Positions 27,419 through 41,120 of a stretch of DNA of 64,000 nucleotides are shown in pieces. The stretch covers positions 75,082,001 through 75,146,000 of the forward strand of contig OZ024746.1 of the NCBI GenBank assembly GCA_964016885.1, given 5' to 3'. The stretch's first letter is position 1, and each line of letters opens with the position of its first letter. A program made the position numbers and the translations under genes. This DNA is from Eledone cirrhosa (taxonomy: Eukaryota). Below the pieces are notes generated by a model. It ran no database searches, had not been told where the DNA came from, and was given only the letters and a program-made list of their open reading frames with translations.

Positions 27419-28931
27419 TTCTAGCGGGTCCGGGTGAGTTTTTACATTCATTTAATTTATTAATTTATTAATTTATTATTTGAGTGACCCGAATTTTCCT
27501 GGTCGTTTTTTTCGGCTGTGCGAATGATTTTAGGCATCGTCTCTATGTGTTGGTACTTTAACGATAGTTATAGCTCTGGTTCTTCCAAACTATTGAGCCC
27601 TCTGCCACACATGTCGAAGATTGTTTATCGTTATTTCGTGTGCCGAGATTCTGATTCTCGATTATTTACTTATATATATATATATATATATAGGAAAAGA
27701 GTCAGGACCCGGACGGCTGAGCTCCGACCGTTTCGACAGCTAGGTCTGAACCTAGCTGTCGAAACGGCCGGAGCTCAGCCGTCGGGGTTCTGACTCTTTT
27801 CCTATTACCCACTCTACTACCCTAAGTATCTGGTGCGTTATGGTCCACCTGGTTCCTTACCACACATTCTTCGCTATATATATACATATATATATATCTG
27901 GGCCAATACTGGCCGAAACTTATCAAAGTTATATATATATATATGAAATTATGTCAGGTCACTCTCGAGTGCTACTGGTAACATGTAACCCAGTACAACC
28001 TGTCTCATGGTCGGGTCGTTGGTGACTAAACCGGCAACCCCACGTAGCTTGTTTGGTGAGGAGGGTGACGTTCGGACACCCTGCAGGATTAAATACAAGA
28101 CCCGGCAAAGGGCGAAGGAACTCAGCAGATTCAACGGTCATCCAAATAGTACTTTTCTTTTTTTTTTTAGTTTGAAGTGAAAGGCTCTTCAGTTGCTGTC
28201 ACAACACCTTTCTAAGAGAGGGAAACTAGGAAAAAAAAAAACCTGCGGCTTCGGAAGCATCCGATGATGTTGACCAGTTCTCCTTTTCGGGTAGTGTTTT
28301 CGATGCTCAGAGAGTGGGATTAGTCGAGTGCAAAGTCTTTCCCCACTTAAAAAAACCTTCAAAGCACAGGCATGGCTTGTTCAGGGTCCCTTACAGGTTC
28401 GTGTGGCTGGCTGTAGCCTTAAAGTGTACCATTTTCTGTAATCTGACAAGCAATTGCAATACTCTTAACTGAAATTAACCAATGTTGTTTTGTCATGTTG
28501 CAACACAAGTTGAATTAATCTTGGTTGACTCATGCTTACTCAATAAGAGGAGTATATATTAGAAAAAGGAAGTGGATATAGAGAAAAGGTGAAGTTGGAA
28601 ATAGCACGGAAATTATTTTTCAGGGTCTGTTTTTCTTTTTTTTATCGTTTCTTTGATTCGTCAAAGTGACATTATTGAAAAGATTACATTATTGAAAAAA
28701 TGAGAGGGAGAATTCTTTAAAAAAAAGTTGTATAACGTATATAAAGTATATAAAGTACATAAAGTATATAAAGAAATTCTAATAATATTCCAATAATATT
28801 CCAATAATAGAATTTCTTTTACAACCCTACTGCTGCCTTAGAATTTGCCTCTAGCTTACAATTTCCCATCCCCTTTTCAACTCTTGACGAGTCAATTAAC
28901 ACAATCAGATATACACACATATTTACAGGAG

Positions 28932-28962
<31 letters not shown>

Positions 28963-28964
28963 TT

Positions 28965-30108
28965 AAGAAAAAACAAAAACAAAAAAAACAATAACAAAGA
29001 GTGCAGTACGAATAGTGTGATGTTATTTTCACGCGTGATAGTGAGGGGGTGGGGGACGACGTTTCGAGCATAATCCCTTCATCAGCAGAAAAGTGGGAAG
29101 GAAAAGAATTCCGAGGGTGTGAGGAAAAAATTAAAAGGAAGACGGGTTAGGGACGTTTGTAGGGTTATTTTAAATCCCCAGTCGCGGAAGAAGCTGATTA
29201 ATTGTTTACGGACCTGGTCTGTACTACTGGGGTTGTACCCTTTAAGGGTAAGGAGCCCATCACCACGGTACAATCCACCGCCGAATACAGGAAACATATC
29301 GGTGAATTTAACTAGTAGGAATAATCCTATAAGATCTGTAGGATTATTCCTACTAGTTAAACTCACCGATATGTTTCCTGCATTCGGCGGTGGATTGTAC
29401 CGTGATGATGGGCTCCTTACCCTTAAAGGGTACAACCCCAGTAGTACTGATCGGGTCCGTAAACAATTAATCAGCTTCTTCCGCGACTGGGGATTTAAAA
29501 TAACCCTACAAACGTCCCTAACCCGAGTAAACTTCCTGGACGTTACCCTTGACATCGATAATGAACTGTACTACCCATACAGGAAACCAAACGATAACCT
29601 GCACTACATCCACCGACGGTCAAACCATCCTAGAAACATCACCAATAACCTGGTTAAAAACATCTCCCTCCTCATATCTCGTTTGTCCATTAATGAGCAG
29701 ATATTGGAGGAACATGCGCCTTACTACAACCAAGCCCTCAGGCGGAGTGGCTTCCGGGAGGAAATATCCTACTGTCCAGCTTCCATTAGTGGAACCAGCA
29801 GGCGACACCGCCGCTCACGCAACGTAACATGGTTCAATACTCCCCACAACGCCGAGGTGACAACACCTACGGGAAAATCTTCTTTAGGCTCATCGAAAAA
29901 CACTTCCCACTACAACACCGCTACCACAACATAATCAACAAAAATATCATCAAACTCTCCTACAGCACCACACCTAACTTTGCACAAAACATCGTCTCCT
30001 CTAACAACAAAAAACTCAACCCCTATGGAAGAAATAACCTAGATAGCAGTGGAGAGCCGACCAGGAGGTGTAACTGTCCTGTTGTAACAATATATATATA
30101 TGTAAAAC

Positions 30109-30171
<63 letters not shown>

Positions 30172-30420
30172 TTAATTTTAATTTTTTTCTTCCTTTTAAT
30201 TTTTTTTCCTTACTTTTAATTTTTTCCCCTTTTGTAATGTCTTTCCACCACTCCCCTCACACCCTCGAAACTCTTTTCTTTCCCACTATTCTGCTGATGA
30301 AGGGCTTATGCCCGAAACGTCGTCCGCCACCTCCCACTCTCAAGCGTGAACCTAACACCACACTATTCATACTGCACTCTTTGTTATTGTTTTTGTTTTT
30401 TTCTTTTTTCTTAAAAAAAA
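28965..30420 (+). mobile_element. Second PLE family: truncated RT with 5' inversion and inverted pseudo-LTRs
   Basis: GLYRDDGL, VNFLDVTLD, YRKPN..YIHRRSNHP motifs on + (29340-30080). 29144-29335 is an inverted copy of 29342-29525. The pLTR at 30170-30420 is mirrored at 28965-29140. Confidence 0.85.
30294..30321 (+). ncRNA. Penelope-type minimal hammerhead core (inverted copy at ~29059-29085)
   Basis: CTGATGA-a-gggc-ttat-gccc-GAAA-cg-TC; stem I pairing is weak. Confidence 0.55.
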
Positions 30421-30458
30421 AAATATATATATATATATACATATATATATTTATATAT

Positions 30459-30491
<33 letters not shown>

Positions 30492-30520
30492 TATATATAT
30501 TTATATATATACATATATAC

Positions 30521-30554
<34 letters not shown>

Positions 30555-30555
30555 T

Positions 30556-31058
30556 TCGTTTCTGAATTTGTTTAGCAAGATTCTTTATCTGAAATCGTGT
30601 GTTGAAACCGATATTGTTATACTTTGGGAGGGTCATGTTGCCAATAAGAAACACACGCACCAGTTGCTTTCACTTCAATTTATTATATATTTATAAATTT
30701 ATAAATTTATAAATTTCTGGTTGGTTGGTTGGTTCCACAACCAGATAGTTGTTTATATATAGTCATAGTTCTTTCGTCACACACTCTGTGACCTCTTCAG
30801 TGACTGGGGACCCCCCTCCCTGTCTCCGCGTCTCGCCCCCGCCCTGTCCCACGCCACCCTGATCTGCGTGTGTGCTGTGCGCCCAGTCCGCGCACGCGCC
30901 ACATCCGGGCGCCCGTGTGTGCCCATGTTCATTTATTTATCTGTCCACCCACATGTCACTGGTTGGCTGTCCGCCCCATGTGTGTGTGTGCCTTCACCTG
31001 TCCCTTCAACCTTCAACTGTAAGCTGCGATGTTGCCGCCCCACTCATACCCTCCATTT
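30556..31058 (-). mobile_element. Solo PLE 3' end/pseudo-LTR of the 10198-13140 family; part 30806-31058 is A-to-G hypermutated
   Basis: 30556-30805 matches sister copies almost exactly. 30806-31058 aligns to 10399-10657 with dense T-to-C changes on the + strand. Confidence 0.9.
30761..30805 (-). ncRNA. Hammerhead ribozyme (PLE)
   Basis: agtca-CTGAAGA-g-gtcaca..tgtgac-GAAA-gaac-TA-tgact. Confidence 0.7.
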
Positions 31059-31121
31059 ATATATATTAGAAAGTGAACACAAAGTATAACTACTCCATTT
31101 CAGAGAAGTTAACTATACCTT

Positions 31122-31194
31122 CTCTGTCTGACGACCGATCCAGACGTGTATTATATTATTATCGTCTGTGATTCAGAAACCTTTGGTAATGGAG
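31122..31194 (+). ncRNA. Hammerhead ribozyme-like motif
   Basis: ctctgt-CTGACGA-..cagacg..cgtctg..-GAAA-cc ttt gg-TA-atggag. Confidence 0.55.
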
Positions 31195-31290
31195 TAGCTA
31201 TATTTTTGTGTTGTTCACTATCTAATTATATAGCTCTGTTCTATACATAGAGCACTCTTTTTTTTCCTTTGCTTTTCCTTCGGAATTACC

Positions 31291-31391
<101 letters not shown>

Positions 31392-31479
31392 GTTATTCCG
31401 GGTTGAATCGGAGGTAACCACAGTAAGTAAGGTACTCAATACATAGCAGAGTATAAAAGATGAGATTCTACAGAGATTC

Positions 31480-31520
31480 CTGATGATTTCTAATGAATGA
31501 AACAGTTCTAGTCCTGTAGA
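31480..31520 (+). ncRNA. Degenerate hammerhead-like motif inside a short inverted repeat
   Basis: CTGATGA-tttctaatgaat-GAAA-cagttc-TA, flanked by gatgagattctacag / ctgtagaatctcatc. Confidence 0.35.
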
Positions 31521-31536
31521 ATCTCATCTATATTAA

Positions 31537-31576
<40 letters not shown>

Positions 31577-31753
31577 CAAAGGAAATGTGGTAAGGAACCA
31601 GGTGGACCATAACGCACCAAAGTACTCAATACTTGGGGTAGTAGAGTGGATAATAGGAACCGGTAAGACCCCGACGGCTGAGCTCAAGCCGTTTCGACGG
31701 CTAATTCTGTCTGTCGAAACGGCTTGAGCTCAGCCGTCGGGGTCTTACCGGTT

Positions 31754-31828
<75 letters not shown>

Positions 31829-32052
31829 ACTGCTTGCTCTCGCTTAATCTTAATATCAATAGAGTATCGTTACAGAGATTACAAAATGTTATTGACATTG
31901 TTCTGATGTCAAACATCAGCTGATTACATGGTGTGTGCAAAGGTGTGAAAGGGGATGAAACTGCAATAGATCTACAAAATATAACCAGTGTGCAGTATAT
32001 TTCTAAAAGAGGAAAGTACTTAAAATAGCCCTCACACACACATACACACATA

Positions 32053-32102
<50 letters not shown>

Positions 32103-32233
32103 TGTGCGTGTGTGTATGTCTTTATACGTATATATTATACACATATAAAAGTAATTAGCCATTCCTTTATGAATCTACACACACACACGCGCACGCACAC
32201 GCACACACACGCACGCACACGCACACACACACG

Positions 32234-32268
<35 letters not shown>

Positions 32269-32384
32269 GTATATATATATATATATATATATGAGTGTGC
32301 GTGTGTGTATGTCTTTATACGTATATATTATACACATATAAAAGTAATTAGCCATTCCTTTATGAATCTACACACACACGCGCG

Positions 32385-32466
<82 letters not shown>

Positions 32467-34834
32467 GGGTGAAAGAGTCAAGCCGACATACTCAGAAAGA
32501 GGTAGTATAGAAATTCATGGAGGTGACAGACTTACGATCCACAAGTTATAGGTATATTTCGTCATTAAAACGCTGGGTCACTAAGTGTGAAATCTCAGCC
32601 ATGTTTGTGTTAAAAAAAACTAGTCTCTCCCTCTGCCTATTCAGTACATAAAGAGTTGATAAATCAACGATAGACACAAAGATATTGCATTTAATCGTGT
32701 TCGGTATTTATTTGACCGAAATCAAATTAAGGGCGTTTGCTTAAAATACTAAAGATGTCTCTTCGGTGGTTTTTATGAATCTTCGACGCATAAGAGCAGG
32801 CAAGCAAAATTCGTTCTCTTGTCAATACAGTTTATTGTTATAAGTGTATTTTGAAGTGTGTAAGAGTGTTTGCTCGTAAAAGAGTGAATAAATGAACATA
32901 ATGCCAGTTTGTGTATGTGCTTGTCTGCGTGTTTGTAGGTATATATTTATTTTAAATGTATATTTATTTCAGTATATATTTAGGTGTTTGTAGTTAAGGT
33001 TTGTGTGGGTAAGCGCTTGTGCCTATTTTGGGGTGTGCGGATGGTAGGATGATATCTTGGGTGCATGTACACAGGTGTGAATAGGTAAATCAATATGATG
33101 TAGGCCTCTCTATCTGAGGGAACGTTCTTCTATGGAATAATTGTGTATGTGTATGTATGTATCCAGATATGTGTGAGTGTGAAATTAATGAGGATGTGGC
33201 GTTATTCGTGCATATAAATGTCCAGATATAGACATTTATATGCACGAATATTTTAGCACTAACATTTATATGTTAGCTACCTTTTATACCCAAGAGTTAG
33301 GGATAAAATGTAGCTAACACTGCTGGGCATGATATAGAATAGCTGGAGAGAGAATGGTTCAGGGAGAAGGTAATGAAATTTAGGAAATCTATGAGGAATC
33401 AGAACAACATGCAAACTAGCAGAGGATGTCTGACGTTTCAGGATATATTATGAAAATGATTTGGGAGTCAATATGCTGGTTAGATTGGTAAGAGAGGTTG
33501 TTCATACATTTACTGGTAATAAGGGATCGGATAGATGAGAGATGAAGGTAGTTTTATGAAGAGAGGCAGAAGGACCAGTAGGATAGACATATTAACCAGA
33601 CATAGAGAAAAAATGTAATAGAACTATCTCCCTTACCATCCTCCGGGGAAACGCCTTCTCCATCCTGTCCACCAGGGCTATGGGGAGGTCAATAGGCAAA
33701 GTTATAAACTATTGTAAATAAATAATTATTGTGGCTTGCTTTTAAAAAAAATAAAAAATAAAATAATTATTTGTTGGACTGATAGACAAGAACGGAACCA
33801 TAATGATACCTGAAAATAAATTTGACCAATAAATAAACACAAAAGAGAAAGAGTTGGGTCACATGGAATTAGTGTAGGATTTTAGTCTGACAGAAATAAC
33901 TAACTAACAATGGTGTGCAGGATGAAGTACATAAGAAAAATGACAAAAACTAAGAAATTGTTTTCCAAAACCATTAAAGAGAGAAAATTATATTTTGTGG
34001 CTTTATATTTTTTTAATAGTTTACAAGGTGTAATAAAAGACAACCATATTAGAAGGAAGAGGAAAACCAAGAATTGTGTGGATAGAAAATAGAGGAAACG
34101 CTAAAAATACAGTGAGTTTATAAAGACAACACCAAGAAGGCCAATATGGTGATGCATGGTATTGAAAATATGCAGAGCAGTTAATACCTAATGAGAATAA
34201 CCAAACGTAAAGTTGCTTGATGATGAAATTCCTTATTATTTAACAAGAATATAGACAACTGATATATTCTGTATCAACCCAAACCAGCAGTACTTCTTTA
34301 TTTCTGTGTTTTCGCTATCTAGTTTAATTACAACAATAACAACAATAATAATGGTACAATTCAGGCACAAGGCTAACAATTTTAATTCGACCCCAGTGCG
34401 TTACTGGTACTTTAATTTATCGACCTCGTAAGGAAGAAAGATAAAGCTAACCTCAGCGGGATTTGAAATCAGAAAATAAAGTGACGTAACTATATGCCAC
34501 AAAGCATGTGGTTCGACTCTCTACCGGTATTACAAATTCACCTCCCTAATAATAATAATAATAATAGTAATAATAATAATAATAATAATTGTTTCTACGT
34601 TAGGCACAAGGCCAGCAATTACCCAGTGCATTACTGGTACTTTATTTTATCGACCCCGTAAGGATGAAAGACAAAGTTAAATTCGGCGGGATTTGAACTC
34701 AGAATGGCAAGGGCCGTAACTCTATACGTCAAAGCATGGCGTCCGACCCTCTCCCAATACTGCTAATCCACCGCCCAACAATAATAATAATAATAATAAC
34801 AATAATAAGAAGAAGAAGAAGAATAATAATGTGG

Positions 34835-35085
34835 AGAGAGAGAGAGGAGACTGTGGCTCACATTGTATCCGAGTGTAAACACCTAGCCCAGACTCATTAT
34901 AAAGGCTGGAGACATGATGTGATGGGCAGGGTGATCCACTGGCACCTATGCAAAGTAAACAATTTGCCACATTCTGAGAAGTGGTATGAGCATAAGCTAG
35001 AGTCGGTGATAGAAAATGATCAGGTGAAGGTGCTGTGGAATTTTAGGATACAGACGGACAAGAAATTAGAACACAATAGGCCTGT
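34835..35085 (+). mobile_element. R4/Dong-like (RLE) LINE fragment next to (AAT)n
   Basis: ETVAHIVSEC..RHD..IHWHLC..WYEH..VLWNFRIQTDKKLEHNRP. Confidence 0.75.
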
Positions 35086-35460
35086 GTAAAAACAAATTAA
35101 ACAAACTCAAACAATAAAAATTCCCCCAATAGGGGGGAAAACTTCCGAGGGTCACTCGTGGAGAAAACCACACAAAAGACCACGGCCACCCTGCCCACCA
35201 GGGCAGAGACCATCTCTCAGTTTTCCCACTTCTCAGTCTACAGGTTCATACTCAGAGAGGGCCCGTTCACTCAATTTCTTTATTGGCCATAAGGGGAACA
35301 ATAGGGGGCACTAGGGGACAATACTGCTGCCCAACCGGGGTCACAGCGTCTGACATAAGCCAAGGCGCTGTCCGTATGGTAAAAGACAAGACAAAACAAT
35401 AACTTATACCAATTAAACCATAACAGGTACACATAACATATACATACATACATACATACA

Positions 35461-35564
<104 letters not shown>

Positions 35565-36219
35565 TATATATATATATATTTATTAAAATAACAGATTAAA
35601 GTTTAAGCAAAGAATCGCTGCTTTCACCCTTAACGGGATCTTCTGAAACTAACAAAGTCAATCTGTAAACGCAGAAGTGGATATTTCAAAAAACGTTGCA
35701 ACCGGAGGAAGACAGGAAGACGATACTTTGGTTCGTGGAAACGTTCCCTGGCAAAGAACGGGAAAAAACGAATAAGATACGTCATTAATAGGAGCGGTGA
35801 AAAACAATTACGCGCAAAGACGAAGATAATACGTCATATGTGGAGCGTGGAGAACAATAGCACGCAAAGACAAAACCACGTAAATGGTATAGCAGAAGTC
35901 GTAGACTAAAATTCTAACTAGGAGACCGAATGAATCTCCGCTACAGAGTTAAGAACAAAGTAAATAAATACAATACAGAAGTAACAGAAATAAATAAATA
36001 CATACACGCAAACAGATACGTACATACACAAGCATACGCAAAACACTTACCATAGGTATACAAAACCAGGCACATATAAATATGTGTGTGTGTGTATGCC
36101 TGTATACAAATAAATTAATTGTATCACTGATTCTTCGTTTTCCATATTATATATATATATACACACACACACATATATATATATACACACAGACATATAT
36201 ATATATAAATTATTATTAC

Positions 36220-36279
<60 letters not shown>

Positions 36280-36280
36280 C

Positions 36281-36348
<68 letters not shown>

Positions 36349-36417
36349 ATGTAGTATGGTTGCTAGGATGCGTCCATAGACGGTATGCCGGTTGAGCACT
36401 CAATGCAGCAGAGTATG

Positions 36418-36695
36418 ATAATATGGAAAACGAAGAATCAATGATGTATCGTTACACAGTACATTACGTATTACAATTGTTTCTCCGGCGAACAGCTCGA
36501 GGTGCGATCTGTTTGTGGATCGAACCTCACTCTGGATTCGCAAGTTCCTCAGATACGTCTACTGATTTTGAAGCAAATTCTCTTTCACTCGATCCACAAA
36601 CAGATGGCACCTCCAGCTGTTCACCGGAGAAACAATTGTAATACGTAATAAATTGTGTTGCGATGCATCACTGATTCTTCGTTTTCCATATTATA
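36418..36695. repeat. Inverted-repeat element with hammerhead 3' half (GAAA-CAATTG-TA)
   Basis: 36418-36523 mirrors 36589-36695. Confidence 0.75.
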
Positions 36696-36776
36696 TATAA
36701 ATATATACACACACACACACATATATATATACACACAGACATATATATATATATATATATATATATTATTTATTCT

Positions 36777-36995
36777 AGTCGATCGACTTTCGTCAAATCG
36801 GACCGAGGAAACTATGTTTCCGTTGGTCTTTCCAATTGCTAATACTATCTATCGGTCGCAACTCCAGGTAGAAGGAGCAACGTGAAATAAAGTGTCTTGC
36901 TCAAGGACATAACGCATCGCCCGGACCAGGAATCGAACTCACAACCTCACGATTGTGAATCCAATACTCTAACCACTCAGCCACACGCCTTCACA
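36777..36995 (-). mobile_element. tRNA-derived SINE, second family (also 9180-9387, 25275-25487, 43470-43730(+))
   Basis: A-box tggctgagtgg, B-box gagttcgattcc, then tgtccttgagcaagacact. Confidence 0.8.
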
Positions 36996-37059
36996 CATAT
37001 ATATATATATATATTATATATAAATATATACACCCACACACATATATATACACACAGAC

Positions 37060-37391
<332 letters not shown>

Positions 37392-37622
37392 ATATTAAAA
37401 AAATGGAAACTATATTTATAAAACCATATTTATTTTATTATATATATTTCAAGGGCACCAAAACACTTTGGTACGCTTTCTTCAGATAAAATACAAAGTT
37501 TGTTTTATAAATAGAGACATACCCAGGAAAATCATACCTTATCAGTTAAATATTCCCTGGGTATTTCCCAGTTATAAACATTTATATTTGTCGGATTTCC
37601 AACAAATTAAATATCCCTTCTA

Positions 37623-37689
<67 letters not shown>

Positions 37690-37849
37690 ATACTTGGGGA
37701 GGGTCATATTTGCGTAATATTGCCAGAATTAATAACAGAACACACTCACTGTTTGGTTGGTTTTCGCTTCTCGCTGTCTTTTATATCTGCGATCTAACTC
37801 ACTCGGTCCTCAATTGACTGACCGACGGTCATATATATATATATGCAAA

Positions 37850-37876
37850 TAGCCACTCAATTATAATTCTGCTTCC

Positions 37877-37927
<51 letters not shown>

Positions 37928-38145
37928 GGGAAGCAGAATTATAATTGAGTGGCTGCTATTTGCAGTATAGCAATATAAGGCTGCACTTACCAATGAAACG
38001 GTCGTAAATACCTGGATAAAATCCTTCTCTTAATGCTTACCTGTGTTTTCTCTTATATATATATATATATATATATAAGAGAAAACACAGGTAAGCATTA
38101 AGAGAAAGATTTTATCCAGGTATTTACGACCGTTTCATTGGTAAG
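37850..38145. repeat. Two palindromes centred on (TA)n
   Basis: Arms 37850-37882 / 37922-37953 and 37988-38054 / 38076-38145; a related end lies at 53109-53172. Confidence 0.8.
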
Positions 38146-38394
38146 ATCAGTCAACATATCAATATGATCAACCTCCGAAACTATCGTAAAACAATGAAAT
38201 GAATATGTAAAATGACTTACTTTCGTTATTATTATCATTGTTAAACAAATATCTAATATATTGGACTCTGTATCAAAAGGACTGACTCAGCGAAACACGG
38301 AACCTATCTCTGGATCTCACTGAATTACTTGCTAACGAATTACATTGACATTGAGTTCTGACTACGGTATAGACCCTACCACAAACATAGACTA

Positions 38395-38467
<73 letters not shown>

Positions 38468-38659
38468 AATTTTAGTACAGCATCAACGAAACTTTTGGCT
38501 GCGGCCAAGCTAACGAATGCAGATTCGGAAGGCAGCTTAGCACTCGATGGAGAATATTACCCCAGAGTTATAACAATACGTTTAGACAACTTTGCAAATC
38601 AAATATAGCGACCGACAGTCCGGCCGTATTGCTATAGCAACGAAAAAAACTGAACTCAG

Positions 38660-38748
<89 letters not shown>

Positions 38749-38834
38749 GTAGGAGGTGAGTTTTATTGTAGTACAATAAAGCAATGCAGATATCGGATAA
38801 GAAGCACTCTACAGTTTGTGGGACTGGAGTATGC

Positions 38835-39164
38835 ATAATATAAGATCAAAAGATGGTTAAAGGAGTTCCATATATTTTATTATGCGCATTTCAAAAACAA
38901 ACATCATCAAGCAATAATATTTGTGTTTTCATCAGATAAAACAGGAGAACATGATATGAAGGCAAAAAAACACTTGTGGATAGTGCAGTTTTAAATCAAC
39001 ATATATGTTGATTTAAAACTGCACTATCCACAAGTGTTTTTTAGCCTTCATATCATGTTCTCCTGTTTTATCTGATGAAAACACAAATATTATTGCTTGA
39101 TGATGTTTGTTTTTGAAATGCGCATAATAAAATATATGGAACTCCTTTAACCATCTTTTGATCT

Positions 39165-39172
<8 letters not shown>
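38835..39172. repeat. Near-perfect ~340-bp palindrome carrying two hammerheads
   Basis: Centre caacatatatgttg at ~39003; arms are reverse-complementary. Confidence 0.9.
39066..39132 (+). ncRNA. Type I hammerhead ribozyme (mirror copy on minus strand at 38875-38941)
   Basis: ttttat-CTGATGA-aaacacaaatattatt..gatgatgtttgttttt-GAAA-TGCGCA-TA-ataaaa. Confidence 0.75.
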
Positions 39173-39197
<25 letters not shown>

Positions 39198-39421
39198 GAG
39201 GGGGGGCTTGAGTATGGTACCACAGGAAAAACATGAATAACTAGGCAGGAGGAGAAATTTATTGAGATTTCATTCCTTAACATATATTTCTGTACAATAT
39301 CCGAAACGGCTTGAGCTCAGCCGTCGGGGTCTTACTGGTTCCTATTACCCACTCTACTACCCTAAGTATTGAGTACTTTGGTGCGTTATGGTCCACCTGG
39401 TTCCTTCCCACATTTCCTTCG

Positions 39422-39455
<34 letters not shown>

Positions 39456-39501
39456 AAGATGAATATAAAATGAAAGTGCTTTTATAAAGGAATTTATTAG
39501 G

Positions 39502-39619
39502 TATTGACATATGTTTCTGTAACAGACGTAATACCTATGTATCGCTGCTTGCGTAATCATATAATGTTAGCAAGTATTCGATAGCAAATGTATAATCAGT
39601 TGTCACTTCTTCAGAGATA
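39502..39619 (-). ncRNA. Hammerhead-like motif with long stem II
   Basis: CTGAAGA-a-gtgaca...tgttac-a-GAAA-CATATG-TC-aata. Confidence 0.5.
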
Positions 39620-39913
39620 TTGGATAAATTCATTTTATATTCATCTTTTCTACATTTTCTCCGGAATATAATTTATACTCGTTGAGCAAACCTACACGTA
39701 CGCTGTTCATCTCTAACGTGACGATATATTATCACTACATTATTGATAACTTGAAATTGTATATATATATATTGCGAAATGCGCAACCGGTAAAAACTTA
39801 AAAACTTAAAACCACAACTGAATACTAACCCATACAATCACTAATACTCTTTTATTCCTAATTAAACCATTTTTCAACTGTGAACAATTTGTCAGCATTT
39901 TCTATTCCGTTTA

Positions 39914-39992
<79 letters not shown>

Positions 39993-39994
<2 letters not shown>

Positions 39995-40165
39995 AAGGCG
40001 GGTAAAATTCCCGAGATCCATGGACGAGTTCTCTCCAGTGGTCTCTGTCCCTCATTATCGCTGCCATATCCTGCATCTCCAACAGACCAGTGTCTGTCCT
40101 TAGGGCATCAACATATGTTAACCTTGGTCTTCCTCTTCTAGTGTGTCCATGTAGGGGCTCCCAAA
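39993..40165 (-). mobile_element. RTE-like LINE 3' end
   Basis: WEPLHGHTRRGRPRLTYVDALRTDTG..MRDRDHWR. Confidence 0.7.
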
Positions 40166-41120
40166 TATATATTACTATACTGTCATTTTGGTACAAATGA
40201 TTCTTTAGTTGACTATCTCACAAATTAAACATCTACTGTCAAGATAATTCATTACAGCATTCAAAGACTCGCTGGACAAACATGTAATACGCATTCTCAT
40301 TTTTTTTCTCATATAGAACCTATCAATACCTGGATATATTTCAATTGGAATTTGGATATTTTCAGTTTTGACATCAGTATTGCAATTACCCCTTTTTTGT
40401 CATAATCTCTGCTATAAAGTGTTTATGATACTTCGATTATTTTGATACCACCATGTGCTATATTATCACTAACACTCAAGTAATATGCGCATAAAATATT
40501 TAGTTCGAGGAGAACAGGAAATAATCTTATATTGATTAATAAAACATGATTTTCTTAATATCGCACTTTGTGTATTAATATTAATAGTTAAACTTTATAA
40601 TTAGTGAAGACTAGAAAGAGTGAGAAACGAAAATCAGGTCAGCTAAATTTTAAATAAAACTGATATAATCAGTGTACAATAAAAAGAAGAGATATTTATC
40701 ACTTCAGACATAAAAGTATTACTGAAATTGTGGTATCACAATCTCATCAACTCAACATTTTAACATCACAACTTAATCAAGTTTAGAATTTTGTGGAGTT
40801 GGGGAAATTGCTTCTCTAGATTTCAACTTCAACTTTCTCTATGATAACTGCGCTAGTTTATTGATCAGCATTTAAATGACTGGAGCAATGTCGATAGTAT
40901 TGGTAATGCTGATACGTCTTTCAAAAGATTAGCTACTCAGCCGACCATTAGCCGACTTAGAATTTGATCTTTCATTTCGATATTCCCCAAATTTGTATCA
41001 CACCATAAGAAGGTAATCGTCGAGACAACGGCGGAACCTTTACTTTTCGCTCAACTTGATGGAAATGTCAGCTTAATTACATTCAATTATCACCACTTTT
41101 AAAACGAGAAGACATTAGAG

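Noticed and set aside
30806-31058. CpG island, or APOBEC/methylation-driven change, as explanation of the GC-rich patch
   Set aside because: Several sister copies carry T at these sites, so the polarity is T-to-C. Cytosine deamination would produce the opposite direction.
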